From positions 93,064,001 to 93,128,000 of the forward strand of contig NC_086108.1 of NCBI RefSeq assembly GCF_963921235.1: DNA of 64,000 nt. Reading direction: 5' to 3'. This DNA is from Mobula hypostoma. Lineage: Eukaryota. Made by a program: the position numbers and the translations under genes. Below the pieces are notes generated by a model. The model did no database searches and was not told the DNA's origin. It saw only the letters and a list, made by a program, of their open reading frames with translations. Below, one piece after another: positions 38,336-52,012 of this stretch. Position 1 is the stretch's first letter. Each line of letters begins with the position of its first letter.

Positions 38336-39764
38336 TTAGCAATGCGGTCTTTTTAAAACAGACCTGAGATGGCTATCAATCTGTTAAGGAGAGCGAGACA
38401 TTTGAACTAAAAAAAAACTTGGCGAGGAACAATTGAAATCTTAAAGAAACAGCCCAGCACATGGAGAGGCATCGAGTAAAAGGGCGCGAACAGAAGAATT
38501 CAGGGAACATAAAGAGTGAATACTGGGTGATAATAATCATTAAAAAAATCAGAAATGGTTGGCTGCATCTGAAAAATTGACAAGTTTGATTACACAATGG
38601 GTAATTGGCTCATGTATACTGAGCTTTTAGAACAGTATTCTGAAGCAAATGAAATAGCCCATGAGAAGTGAGTGCTAATTTTGCTAAATGTATTGGGTAT
38701 AAAGTCATACAATTTGCTTTAAAGTTTGATTTTGAAGTCCAATCAAACCATATAAATGAGCTCAGCTGAAGTAATGCAGGAACACTTAGAACTGAAGCCA
38801 TTCTTGATTGCAGAACACTTTAGGTTTCATTAGCAGAATCAAAAAGAAGGGGAGTCCATTCAGCATATGTGGCTCAATTGATGAAGTTGTATGAGCATTA
38901 TCAGATTGGCAATGGGTTAAATAATACAATGAGAGATCACTTAGTTTGTATAATCTTAAAAGAAGCTATTCAAAACAGCTCCTGATGGAAGCCCAGCTCA
39001 CATTTAAGAGAGCAGTTCAATTGCTGTTTCAATGGAAACTGCAGACAAAGATGCAATTGAGTCGCAGTCAGGAATGGAAGTGAGCATGAACAAAATTGCA
39101 TGATCAAAAAGAAACTGGCCTGGCCAAACAAATTGTGTTACCATTGAGGATGGGGCTCACATAAACAAAATAAATGCAGATTTAAGGGCAAAACTTTCAG
39201 AAAATGCAACAAAGTAGGACACATTCAAAAAACACATCAAGCAGACAAGAATAAATGGAATGCACAGAGAAGAGAAAAAGATAAATGTTCAAGTTGAAGT
39301 TTCAAAAAGAGCACCAATCTGTATGCTGTTGATGAAAAATCTGATAATGAGGAGAGTAGTCTTGAAACTTAAAATGTGAAAATTAACTATAAACACGAAA
39401 TCTGGCTAACGCCAGAAGTGAATGACAAATTCATTAAAATGGAATTGGATACTGGTTCAGCTGTTTCTTTCATTCCACAAAATGAGTTTGAGCAGCATTT
39501 CAAACAAACCAAACTGAAGCCTGCAAATGTCCCATTAAGAACTTATACTGGAGAAAGGATAACTCCTGTGGGAATGACATTCATAAAAAACCAAAAAGCC
39601 ACATTGAGCTTCTATGTGATAAAAACAGGTGGAGCAGCATTGTGGAAGCGTGATTGGCTGAGACAACTACAACTTGATTGGTGATCCATCCTCCACGTGC
39701 ATGCCACATTCTTGGCAATGAGCGAACTGAAAGTGAATTAAGAAAGGTACTGGATGATGCCACA

Positions 39765-40398
39765 ATTGTCTCCATGCCAAACACCATGAACCATTGCTCA
39801 ACAGAGGTCAAACAGGCATTGGTGACAACCTTTTTACTTCTGGTTGGAAAGTATATTAGACCAAAGAATGACCATGCTGCTCAGAGAAGGCGTGACTATG
39901 ATAAATGCAGTGGCGTGACTACAACTGTTTTTGTAGGCAACATATCTGAGGAAGCTTCTGATATGTTAATTAGGCAGTTGCTTGTGAAATATGGCTCAGT
40001 TCAAGGAGCTTCAGGAAAGATGCAAGCATTCGGCTTTTGTGAGTATAAGGAACCAGTATCTACTCAGTGTGTATTAAGGCATGAACTTCAACTGGGTAAA
40101 GCTTGTAAAAGTAGATGCAAAGGCCAAAGTGCAGCTGGACGAATGGAAGGCCAAAAAGAAAGGAGTCAATGGAGATACGAAAACAGAGGATTCATCAGAT
40201 GGTGTTGTAGATCTGGAAACCAAGAGGACCGATCAGATCGTAAAGGGAACAATAGAAGGATTAATAAGAGAATACTCCGGTGAACTAAATGGACCTTCCA
40301 AAGATCAAGACGCACTAACTAGAAGAAAAAAAGGGAAGGAAGAGACGGAGAAAAAGAATGTGAATGTGAAAAAGAATGGTGTGAAAGAGAGAAGGAAT
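39765..40398 (+). pseudogene. RBM25: Captured intronless RBM25 fragment (RRM, following helix, start of RE repeat); resumes at 43211-43270
   Basis: TTTVFVGNISEEASDMLIRQLL...VQGASGKMQAFGFCEYKEP; LVKVDAKAKVQLDEWKAKKK; QIVKGTIEGLIREYSGELN, matching the RBM25 N-terminal region as recalled. Clear homology starts near 39816. Confidence 0.92.
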
Positions 40399-43210
40399 TA
40401 ATTTGGCGGGGGATAGGAACAGGATGATAGGGCTGAGGAAGGGGAAAACAGAAATAAATCAAAGATAGCATGCAACAGGGATGATAGAAAGGACAGGCGG
40501 GAGATGAGGCATAATCACAGCCAATGGGATGATTTACAGGCCAATAACGGCATGGTGCAGTTGAAACAGGAAGCAACAAATACTGGACTGAAAGTGTTGT
40601 ATTTGAATGCACGCTGCATAAGAAATAAAATGGATGATCTTGAAATTCAGCTACAGATTGGCAAGTATAATGTTGTGGCCATCTCTGAAACTTGGCTAAA
40701 GGATGGCTGCCATTGGGAGCTGAATGTCCAAGGATATATGGTGTATCAGAAAAATAGGTTAGTAGGCAGACGGGGTGGTGTGACCCTGTGTATAAGAAAT
40801 AATATTAAATCATTAGAAAGGGATGACATAGGATCAGAAGGTGTAGAGTCTCTGTGGATTGAGTTAAGAAATGGCAAGGGTAAAAGGACCCTAATGGCAG
40901 TTGTATACAGGTTCCGAACAGCAGCTGGGATGGGGATTACAAACTACGACAGAAGATAGAAAAGGCGTGTCAGAAGGGCAATATCATGATAATCGTTGGA
41001 GATTTTAAACATGAAAATGGATTGGGAAAACCAGGCCAGTACCGGACCTCAAGAGAGAGAATTTATCTAAGGGATGGCTTTTTAGAACAGCTTGTTGTTG
41101 AGCCCACTAGGGGATCGGCTGTGCTGGATTGGGTGTTGTGCAATTATCTGGTGGTGATAAGAGAGTTTAAGGTTAAGGAACCCTTAGGGAACAGTGAGCA
41201 CAATATGATCGAGTTCACTTTGAAATTTGAGAAGGGGAAACTAAATTCCAATGTGTCGGTATTTCAGTGGAATAAAGGAAATTACAATGGCATGAGAGGG
41301 GAACTGGCCAAGGTTGACTGGAAAGACACACTAGCAGGAAGGACAGCAGAGCAGCAATGGCTGGAGTTTCTGCAAAAAATGACAGACGTGAAAGACAGAT
41401 ATATTCCAAATAAGAAGTTTTCAAATAGAAGAAGGACACTATCATGACTGACAAGTGAAGTCAGAGCCAAAGTAAAAGCAAAAGACAGGGCATACAAGGA
41501 AGCCAAAGCTAGTGGGAAGATAGAAGATTGGGAAGCTTTTAAAAACTTGCAGAAGGAAACTAAGAAGGTCATTCACAAGGAAAAGATGAATTATGAAAGG
41601 AAGCTGGCTACTAATATCAAAGAAGATACTAAAAGCTTTTTCAAGTATATAAAGGGTAAAAGAGAGTTGAAGGTAGATATAGAACCAATAGAAAATGACA
41701 CTGGAGATATTGTAATGAGAGACACAGAGATGGCAGATGAACTGAATGCGCATTTTACATCAGTCTTCACACTGAAAGACATGTGCTGTATACCGAACAT
41801 TCAAGAGTGTCAGGAAAGTGAAAATTACGACTGAGAAGATGCTCAGGAAGCTTAATGGTCTGAGGGTGGATGAATTTCCTGGACCTGATGGAATGCACCC
41901 TCAGGTTCCATAAGACCATAAGACCATAAGACAAAGGAGCAGAAGTAGGCCATTCGGCCCATCGAGTCTGCTCCGCCATTTTATCATGAGCTGATCCATT
42001 TTCTCCTATTTAGTCCCACTCCCCTGCCTTCTCACCATAACCTTTGATGCCCTGGCTACTCAGATACCTATCAATCCCTGCCTTAAATACACCCAATGAC
42101 TTGGCCTCCACTACTGCCCGTGGCAACAAATTCCATAGATTCACCACCCTCTGACTAAAAAAATTTCTTCGCATTTCTGTTCTGAAAGGGCGCCCTTCAA
42201 TCCTTAAGTCATGCCCTCTCGTACTAGACTCCCCCATCATGGGAAACAACTTTGCCACATCCACTCTGTCCATGCCTTTCAACATTCGAAGGAAGTAGCT
42301 GGAGAGATTGCAGAGGCATTAACAATGATCTTTCAAGAATCAACAGGTTCTGACATTGTACTGGATGACCGGAAAATTGCAAATGTTACTCTGCTATTTA
42401 AAAAGGGTGGGAGGCCGCAGAAAGGAAACTATAGACCTGTTAACCTGACATCAGTGGTTCGAAAGTTGTTGGAATCGATTGTTAGGGATAAGATTACGGA
42501 ATACTTGGAGGCACATGACAAGATAGGCTAAAGCCAGCAAGAGGACTCCCAAGTTCCTTTGAATTCTCTCCCCGTCTAAATAATATATTGCCCATTTATT
42601 TCTTCTACCAAAGTGCATGACAATACACGTTCCAACACTATATTTTATTTGCCACTTTGCCCATTCCCCTAAACTATCCAAGTTTCTCTGCAGGCTCTTA
42701 TTTTAGAAAGGATATGCTGACATTGGAGAGGGTTCAGAGAAGATTCACAAGAATGGTTCCAGGAATGAAAGGGTTACGGTATGAGGAACACCAGGTAACT
42801 CTTGGGCTGTATTCCCTGGAGTTCAGGCAAATGAGGGGGGATCTCATGGAAACATTCCGAATGTTAAAAGGCCTGAGCAGATTCGATATGACAAAGTTAT
42901 TTCCCATGGTAGGGGATTCTAGGACAAGAGGGCATGACTTCAGAACGTCCATTTAGAACAAGGATGTGGTGAAATTACTTTAGTCAGAGGGTGGTAAGTC
43001 TGTAGGATTTGTTGCCATGAGCGGCTGTGGAGGACAAGTCACTGGGTGCATTTAAGACAGAGATAGATAAGGCATCAAAGGGTATGGGGAGAAGGCAGGG
43101 GAGTAGGGATGACTGGAAGAATTGGATCAGCTCACGATTAAATAGCGGAGCAGACTCGATGGGCTGAATGACCTATTTCTGTTCCTATATTTATGGTCTT
43201 ATGGTCTTAT
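40399..43210 (+). mobile_element. CR1 (APE, partial RT, 3' end) inserted into the RBM25 segment
   Basis: LYLNARCIRNK, VVAISETWL, IVGDF, EPTRGSAVLDWV; (TTATGGTC)n tail; TSD ggaat 40394-40398 / 43211-43215. Confidence 0.92.
41908..42288 (-). mobile_element. CR1 3' end nested antisense within the CR1 above
   Basis: (CATAAGAC)n tail at 41908; ORF 42010-42285 TRGHDLRIEGRPFRTEMRRNFFSQRVV. Confidence 0.9.
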
Positions 43211-43600
43211 GGAATGTTGGAAGGAAAAAAAGAAAGGGATCGAAGTAGATTCAGAGGGGGAGAAAAGGAGAGGAAAGGTTTGCAGAACTGTTAGAACTAT
43301 ACACTTTCTACAGCCTCAGAATCAACTCCTACAGCCACCACTGAGGAGGCCCCAGAACCAGAGATTGTTTCACAGCCACAAGTCTCACCTGGCAGGCAGT
43401 GTGATCCCCTCCACCAGGAAAGAGATTATCCCACAAAGGAAAGAAAGCTTCCACGGTGATTAAATCTTTCAGCCTGAATGGGACAGTTTAAAATTTACTT
43501 TGTAGTCATCTGTATTTTGTCATTGTGTTATATAATATACTATGTATATAGTTCAGATATATTCTTATTGAGTTAGAGTTTATAGCTAAGCAGGAAGGAG

Positions 43601-43838
43601 AGCTGTGTATTTAATATTTCAGTAACATTTGAGTAATCTTGTCTATATGTTGTTTGATTAAGCATTCTAGTTTGTTTAAATAATTAATGACAGGTTATAT
43701 GTAAAAATATGTTAATTGCATACATCATCACACGTGATACATGCGCTCCTTGCTTAAAGTTAAGAAGTTACACCCACACTTCAGACTCCATATCTTCCTT
43801 TGAATTAATTTAATGTTTTGAAGTTACGACACATAACA
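43601..43838 (+). repeat. 3' LTR of copy B
   Basis: Follows the PPT, colinear with 38069-38335, ends cataaca. Confidence 0.85.
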
Positions 43839-46169
43839 GAGTACACTGTGGGAAAATGGGAGGTTATTCTCCTTGTTTAAAAAAACATAAGTTTTAAATG
43901 GGTGAATACTGGGAAAAGCAGAGGTCTGGGCCAATTTAAGCACCAGGCCAGCTTAAAAAGGTCAGAATGTCAGGGCCAGAGGCGAGGAATGGGCCAATTC
44001 AGTCCACTGTCCCACAAGGTTTACTCGTCTCTGTGCTAAATTGAGGCTCTGGCCAGCAACTACGGCCCATTGGAGCAGTTGCAGTGATGACGAGGTTGTT
44101 GGCTGTGGAATCACTTTTGTGAACTTCAGTTCTGAATGTTCATTGCTTGCTTTTATTGTTTGCATGATTTGTTTGTTTTTCTGCATATTGGGTGGTTGAT
44201 GGCCTTCTTTCTTAATAGGTTCTTTTGGATTTCTTTGTTCTGTGGCTGTCTGTACGGAGACCTCTGTGTTGTATATAGTATAGGTACTTCGACAATAAAT
44301 GTACTTTGAACTGTGTTCAATGGAAATTGTACACAGTATTAAAAGATAACATTAGTAAGATTAGTAGGCAGGTATGTTTATTGAAAAGTGACTTGGGTGT
44401 GGCAGCAACAACATCCTACTACAATAAAATAGGGATCTGGTGAGAGCAATTGAGAGTATTTTGTGCATGCTTAGTCTTCTTACCTAAAAAAATAGCTATA
44501 CTCTATATGGTATAGGAGTACAGCAGTGATTCACCAGGCTGGTTATTGGGATGGTATACAATATTTCAGGCCTCTTTCTTAAGTGTTTGGATAAGAGCTG
44601 ATCTCTGAAACAATCAAAGTTCTCAGATGGCTCAACAGAGTAGACACCAAGAGAAAGCTTCCCTTAACTGAGGGTTTGCAGACTCAGACAGGGAGTAGAC
44701 AATTTGGAACTGAGATGAAGAGAGGTGTGCTCACTCAGAAGTGATGAACCTCTGCCCTGAGGGGTGTGGAGGCACCATCATTGAGTTGTTCAGACCCAAG
44801 GTCGATAGAATCAGAACAACTGTATATTACCATTGAGATATGAAATTTGTTGTTTTGTGGCAGCAGTACTGTGCAAGACATAAACATTACTACAAGTTAC
44901 AGTGAAGAAGAAATAAGTAGTGCCAAAGACGAATAGTGAGGTAGTGTCAATGAGTTCATGGACTATTCAGAAATCCAATGGCAATTGGACAGAAGCAGCT
45001 CCTGAAACCTTGTGTGTGGGTCTTCAGCCTTCAGGCTCTGTACCTTCTCTCTGATATTCCACATATCAAAGGATCTGGGAGATACAGGGATTTGGCAGGA
45101 AGTGATGTCAGGACTGAAGATCAACCATGATCTCATTGAACAACAGATCGGACCCTAGGACCAGAATGCCTTGCTCCTTCCCCGTGCCTTACCTGTATGT
45201 TTGTAGGATGCCTGTTTTCACTTTTGTGGTGACACAAGGGACTGCAGTGGCTGGGATCTGGAGCAACACACGATCTACTGGAGGAACTCAGCAGGTCGAG
45301 CACCATCTATGGGGGAAAGGATGTTTTATCAATGCTTTTGGTCAAAACCTTGCATCAGGACTGATGTGATCCAGCAGATAGTTTGACTCTCCACTTTGGT
45401 AGCATTGGCCATCATCAGCTTTGACTTGCCTATCATTGTTTGGGAAGTTGACACTGCTGGTACATCACTCACTAAGGTATCAGGTGCCAAAGAGTCAAGA
45501 CATGCTGTTAGCAACTTCAAAGTCAAAATGACGTGGAAGTGAAGAATGAGGAGGAGTGCCTATTGTGGGATACAATGAAGTGAGGGCAACATGTGGTAGA
45601 GAGTGCCTGATCTTAGAGGTAATACATTCTTTCACTTCATCTTTACTGACTTACTGTTGTACCATTACAGATGGGAAAAAAAGGATTTTTTTTTCATTTT
45701 TCTGAGCCCTGGGCAGGCTTTGCCACAATGCCCACATTTCATTCGAGTGGGGCACCTCACAACAGGTAGGCACATTCCTGAGGTCTCCAGTTTTAGTGTT
45801 GTTAATACAGAGGATCAAATTGAACATAAACTCTTGAACAAAGGCAGGAGTTTCAAAAAATCTTCTGGAGGAACTCAGTAAGTTAAGCAGTGTCTCGTTT
45901 GTGGGAGGAAAGGAATTGTCTGCTGCAGGATGGTTCAGCGATTTAGTGTGACACCTCCCACTCCTGATGCAGGGTGTTGATCCAATTCCTTTCCTTCCCA
46001 GAAGTGCTGCTCAACCCACTGAATTCCTCCAGCAGATTGCTTGCTTCTTCAGATACCAGCATCTTCAGGCTCTTGTGTCAACAAACACAATCATAAACAA
46101 TAATTTTGAAAAAGGAATCGTTCTTCATTATTATTCCATCCCAAACACAAACAAAGCCTCTTTATTAAC

Positions 46170-47670
46170 ATGAGAAAGTCTGCAGATGCTGGAAATCCAA
46201 AATGACACACACAAAATGCTGGAGGAACTCAGCAGGTCAGGCAGAATCAATGTTTTGGGCCAAGATGCTTCTTCAGGACTGAGAAGGCAGGGGGAATGTA
46301 CCAGAATAAAAAGGTGTGGGGGCAATGGGGGAAAGAGGTGATAGGTGAAGCCAGTTGGGTGGGAAAGGTCAAGGGCTGGAGAGGAAGGAATCTGATAGGA
46401 GAGGAGAGTAGACCATAGGAGAAAGGAAAAGAGGAGGGAATCTAGGAAGAAGGGTGGGGGGCATGGGGAAATTCACTGGAAAGAGAAATCGATATTCATG
46501 CCACCAGGTTGGAGGCTAACCAGATGGAATATAAGGTGTTCCTCCTTCATCCTGTGGGTGGCCTCATCTTGGTACAAGCACCTCTTTAGTCCTCCTTCTT
46601 CAAAGAATAGGCTTTTCCTTCCTCCATCGGTTTTTCTGCCTTTACCTGCATCTCCTCCATTCCCCAGATATCTGCGGTCTCCCCATCTTCCTGCCACCTT
46701 GACAGGGATAGAGTTCCTTTTGTCCTCAACTACAAACCCATGAGGCGCTTTATCCAACACAACTTCTGCCATCTTCAACAGGACCCTACTGCCAAACACA
46801 TCTTAACCTTTTCCCCTGACTCTTTGCTTTCCGCAGGGATTATTCCATCCATGATTCCTGTGTCCATTCTTCCCTTCCCAATGATTTCCCTCCTGGCACT
46901 TATTCCTGCAAACAGCAGAAGTGCTACACCTTCTCCCTCACATCCATTCAGGGTCCCAATCTGTCCTTCCAGGTGAGGCAATACTTCATCTCTGAATATT
47001 CTGGAGTATCTGGTGCTCTCTGTGCAGCCTCCTCTACATTGGTGAGACCCAACATAGACAGGGGCGCCGCTTTATCGAGCACCTTTGACCATCTGCAAGA
47101 AGCAGGATTTCCTGGTGGCCAACTGTTTCAAACGAAGTTCCAATTTTGATTCCAATCCCCATTCCCATCCCAACATTTCAGTTCACGATGAGGCCACTCT
47201 CAAGTTGGAGGAGCAACACTTCATATTCTGTCTGAGAAGAGTCCAACTGATGGCATAGACATTGATTTCTCAAAATGTTGGCAGTTTTTCCTATTCCCCC
47301 ATTTCCTGTTCTTCATTTCCCCATTCTGGCCCCCCTTCTCACCTGCCTATCACCTCCCCTTGGTACCCCTCCACCTTCCCTTTGTCCTATGGTCCACTCT
47401 CCTCTCCTATTAGATGCTTCTTCTCCAGCCTCTTTTTCCTTTCCACCTGGCACCTCCCAGTTTCTTACTTCATCCCCTCACTCCTACCCATCTAGCTTCA
47501 CTTGTTACCCTCTAGCTTGTACTTCTTCCCCACCCTGTTCCTTCTTCTTCTGGCATCTTCCCCCTTCCTTTCCGGTCCTGATGATGCGCCTTGGCCCAAA
47601 ACATTGACTGTTTATTCATTTCCATAGATGCTGAGTGGCCTGCTGAGTTCCTCCAGTGTTTTGTGGTGTT
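46170..47670 (+). mobile_element. Penelope-like element: inverted 5' pseudo-LTR, GIY-YIG endonuclease relic, 3' pseudo-LTR
   Basis: About 47010-47090 reads CSLCSLLYIGETQHRQGRRFIEHL (GIY-YIG); 46170-46570 is an inverted copy of about 47200-47670; hammerhead remnants at about 46250 (-) and 47575 (+). Confidence 0.85.
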
Positions 47671-48164
47671 GCTCTTTAGCACAATCTTGCAATCACCCCA
47701 GAATGATTAAACTGCTCTTGAATAGTGAGTTAAACCCATAAAACTGAATGCTTGGGTATGATTCAGGAATTAGTAATTTGTTCTTATTCTATCCCAGATG
47801 ATAAAACACGAGTGCTTGTGCTAGAACATTGTGCTTCGTGTGTTACAAATAATTTGTAATAAAATAATTATTGTTTAGCTTATACGATGATCTAAAACCT
47901 CCAATGGTACACACAAGATGACTCCAGTAAATTCAAGGTCACAATTTCCTGCATGTAATCAACAAGATGTGGTATGGAATGGGAATGGTTCTGAGTAACT
48001 TGTATGAATCTCTTCACCACACTGCAGGAGAAATGTGAGAGCGTTAGAAAGGCCACAAAGGAGATTCAACAGGATGTTTTCTGTCAACAATACGGAGCTT
48101 TAAATTGTTTAGGTTTCTTCGCCTTTTATAATTATTCCATTGTATAAGGGCTAAGAGAGTTGTA

Positions 48165-51055
48165 AAAGAGCGCCTGAAGGCTTTGTGTGTCAATGCAAGG
48201 AGCATTTGTAACAAGGTGGATGAATTAAAAGTGCAGATTGTTATTAATGAATAGTTGGGATCACAGAGACATGGCTCCAGGGTGACCAAGGATGGGAGCT
48301 CAACATTCAGGGATATTCAATATTCAGGAGGGATAGACATGAAAGAAAAGGAGGTGGGGTGGCGTTGCTGGTTAGAGAGGAGATTAACGCAATAGAAAGG
48401 AAGGACATAAGCCGGGAGGATGTGGAATCGATATGGGTAGAGCTGCATAAAACTAAGGGGCAGAAAACGCTGGTGGGAGTTGTGTACAGGCCACCTAACA
48501 GTAGCAGTGAGGTTGGGGATGGTATTAAACAGGAAATTAGAAATGTGTGCAATAAAGGAACAGCAGTTATAATGGGTGACTTCAATCTACATGTAGATTG
48601 GGTGAACCAAATTGGTAAGGGTGCTGAGGAAGAGGATTTCTTTGAATGTATGTGGGATGGTTTTTTGAACCAACATGTCGAGGAACCAACTAGAGACCAG
48701 GCTATTCTAGACTGGGTAATGAGCAATGAGGAAGGGTTAATTAGCAATCTTGTCGTGAGAGGCCCCTTGGGTAAGAGTGACCATAATATGGTGGAATTCT
48801 TCATTAAGTTGGAGAGTGACATAGTTAATTCAGAAACAAAGATTCTGAACTTAAAGAAGGGTAACTTTGAAGGTATGAGAGGTGAATTAGCTAAGATAGA
48901 CTGGCAAATGACACTTAAAGGGTTGACGGTGGATATGCAATGGCAAACATTTAAAGATCACATGGATGAACTACAACAATTGTTCATCCCAGTTTGGTAA
49001 AAGAATAAATCAAGGAAGGTAGTGCACCCGTGGCTGACAAGGGAAATTAGGGATAGTATCAACTCCAAAGAAGAAGCATACAAATTAGCCAGAAAAAGTG
49101 GCTCACCTGAGGACTGGGAGAAATTCAGAGTTCAGCAGAGGAGGAAAAAGGGCTTAATTAGGAAGGGGAAAAAAGATTATGAGAGAAAACTGGCAGGGAA
49201 CATAAAAACGACTGTAAAAGCTTTTATAGATATGTGAAAGAAAAAGATTGGTTAAGACAAATGTAGGTCCCCTACAGACAGAAACAGGTGAATTAATTAT
49301 GGGGAGCAAGGACATGGCAGACCAATTGAATAACTACTTTGGTTCTGTCTTCACTAAGGAGGACATAAATAATGTTCCGGAAATAGTACGGGACAGAGGG
49401 TCCAGTGAGTTGGAGGAACTGAGGGAAATACATGTTAGTAGGGAAGTGGTGTTAGGTAAATTGAAGGGATTAAAGGCAATAAATCCCCAGGGCCAGATGG
49501 TCTGCATCCCAGAGTGCTTAAGGAAGTAGCCCAAGAAATAGTGGATGCATTAGTGATAATTTTTCAAAACTCTTTAGATTCTGGACTAGTTCCTGAGGAT
49601 TGGAGGGTGGCTAATGTAACCCCACTTTCTAAAAAAGGAGGGAGAGAGAAACCAGGGAATTATAGACCGGTTAGCCTAACATCGGTGGTGGGGAAACTGC
49701 TAGAGTCAGTTATCAAAGATGTGATAACAGCACATTTGGAAAGCGGTGAAATCATCGGACAAAGTCAGCATGGATTTGTGAAAGGAAAATCATGTCTGAC
49801 GAATCTCATAGAATTTTTTGAGGATGTAACTAGTAGAGTGGATAGGGGAGAACCAGTGGATGTGGTATATTTGGATTTTCAAAAGGCTTTTGACAAGGTC
49901 CCACACAGGAGATTAGTGTGCAAACTTAAAGCACACTGTATTGGGGGTAAGGTATTGATGTGGTTAGAGAGTTGGTTGGCAGACAGGAAGCAAAGAGTGG
50001 GAATAAACGGGACCTTTTCAGAATGGCAGGCAATGACTAGTGGGGTACTGCAAGGCTCAGTGCTGGGACCCCAGTTGTTTACAATATATATTAATGACTT
50101 GGATGAGGGAATTAAATGCAGCATCTCCAAGTTTGCGGATGACACGAAGCTGAGCGGCAGTGTTAGCTGTGAGGAGGATGCTAAGAGGATGCAGGGTAAT
50201 TTGGATAGGTTAGGTGAGTGGGCAAATTCATGGCAGATGCAATTTAATGTGGATAAATGTGAAGTTATCCACTTTGGTAGCAAAAACAGGAAAACAGATT
50301 ATTATCTGAATGGTGGCTGATTAGGAAAAGGGGAGGTGCAACGAGACCTGGGTGTCATTATACACCAGTCATTGAAAGTGGGCATGCAGGTACAGCAGGT
50401 GGTGAAAAAGGCGAATGGTATGCTGGCATTTATAGCAAAAGGATTCAAGTACAGGAGCAGGGAGGTACTACTGCAGTTGTACAAGGCCTTGGTGAGACCA
50501 CACCTGGAGTATTGTGTGCAGTTTCGGTCCCCTAATCTGAGGAAAGACATCCTTGCCATAGAGGGAGTACAAAGAAGGTTCACCAGATTGATTCCTGGGA
50601 TGGCAGGACTTTCATATGAAGAAAGACTGGATGAGCTTAGGTTTATACTCATTGGAATTTAGAAGAATGAGGGGGGATCTGATTGAAACGTATAAAATCC
50701 TAAAGGGATTGGACAAGCTAGATGCAGGAAGATTGTTCCCGATGTTGGGGAAGTCCAGAATGAGGGGTCACAGTTTGAGGATAAAGGGGAAGCCTTTTAG
50801 GACCGAGATTAGGAAAAACTTCTTCACACAGAGAGTGGTGAATCTGTGGAATTCTCTGCCACAGGAAACAGTTGAGGCCAGTTCATTGGCTATATTTAAG
50901 AGGGAGTTAGATATGGCCCTTGTGGCTAAAGGGATCGGGGGTATGGGGGGAAGGCTGGTACAGGGTTCTGAGTTGGATGATCAGCCATGATCATACTGAA
51001 TGGCGGTGCAGGCTCAAAGGGCCGAATGGCCTACTCCTGCACCTATTTTCTATGT
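48165..51055 (+). mobile_element. Young CR1, nearly complete ORF2 (APE and RT) with few stops or frameshifts
   Basis: Consecutive ORFs 48359-49000, 49514-50320, 50336-50990: VYRPP, MGDFN, SDHNM, QHGFVKGKSCLTNL, FADDTK; tail ttttctatgt. Confidence 0.96.
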
Positions 51056-51394
51056 GCTGATTAACTTGCTTTTAAGGCAACATGAAACCATGATGATTGC
51101 TGAAACTGAGCCTCATAAGTAAACCCAGAAGAATGTCATGTTGAAATCTCGGGATATTATAGAAAGTCAATCTAATCACTAATGACGTGGGCTGTGTGGA
51201 GATGCAATCTTCACAAGGTGAATCAGAGTGTTTGCGGAACACCTTAGCTTTGTTGCATGATCTGAGGGGGTGCCTGAATCTTCTGAAATCACAATATGTG
51301 AAGTTTTGTTTTGTTTTCTTAAAGGGTTTACAAAATAAGTCCCAAACTTTTGCATCACAGACTTTGGATTTTTTCCCAATGTAGAAAATATTCG

Positions 51395-52012
51395 GCGGGA
51401 GGAGAAGATGGCAGCGCACCACGCGTGCGCAGCCCTCCGGTGAAAAATGATGTCATATCTGTTAAATAGGGGCCGTGGACAATTCTGATCTCATGGAGAA
51501 TGGATGTGAAATCACAGAGGAACATCTGGAGAAATTTCTGAAACGCCCGTTTGCTGCTGTCATTACTGTGTGGTCGGGAATCTTTCAGAGGGAAGGCCTC
51601 AAAATCCCCGGCCTTGCCTGCTTTTGGCGACCGAGAAGGAGGTTGAATCTTTTGGCAGAGATGCCGCTCGGTACTCAGTGTCAGAGAGCTGATCAGAGCT
51701 TGAAGTTTTCGGATGACTCAGAGACGGATTGTAGTCAGCATGGCAGGGAGGGTTTTTCTTCCTTCCCCTGTCTGTGTGAGATGTGGGACATTTGAGAGAC
51801 TTTGAACTTTACTGTGCTCACGGACTTTCTTCATCAAGTTATGGTATTGTGCACTGTTGTAACTATATGTATAATTATGTGGTTTTGTCAATTTTTTCAG
51901 TCTTGGTCTGTCCTGTATTTTGTGATATCACACCGGAGGAAATATTGTATCATTTCTTAATGCATGCATTACTAAATGACAATAAAAGGGGACTATGTGT
52001 CTTCATAACCTA
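51395..52012 (+). mobile_element. Second copy of the ~620-bp retroposon at 24883-25500
   Basis: gggaggagaagatggcagcgc...taaatgacaataaaagggg. Confidence 0.8.

Larger units (their letters stand above)
38069..43838 (+). mobile_element. Gypsy (Mag-like) copy B: LTR-gag-PR-[RBM25 fragment]-IN tail-PPT-LTR, non-autonomous
   Basis: Paired LTRs; decayed gag from about 38554 with two CCHC-like knuckles at about 39135-39240; protease MELDTGSAVS; no RT/RH/IN core; PPT aagcaggaaggag. No TSD match found. Confidence 0.88.

Noticed and set aside
39678..40401. A functional RBM25 gene
   Set aside because: It is intronless, partial (no PWI domain seen), frameshifted, embedded between LTRs and split by a CR1.
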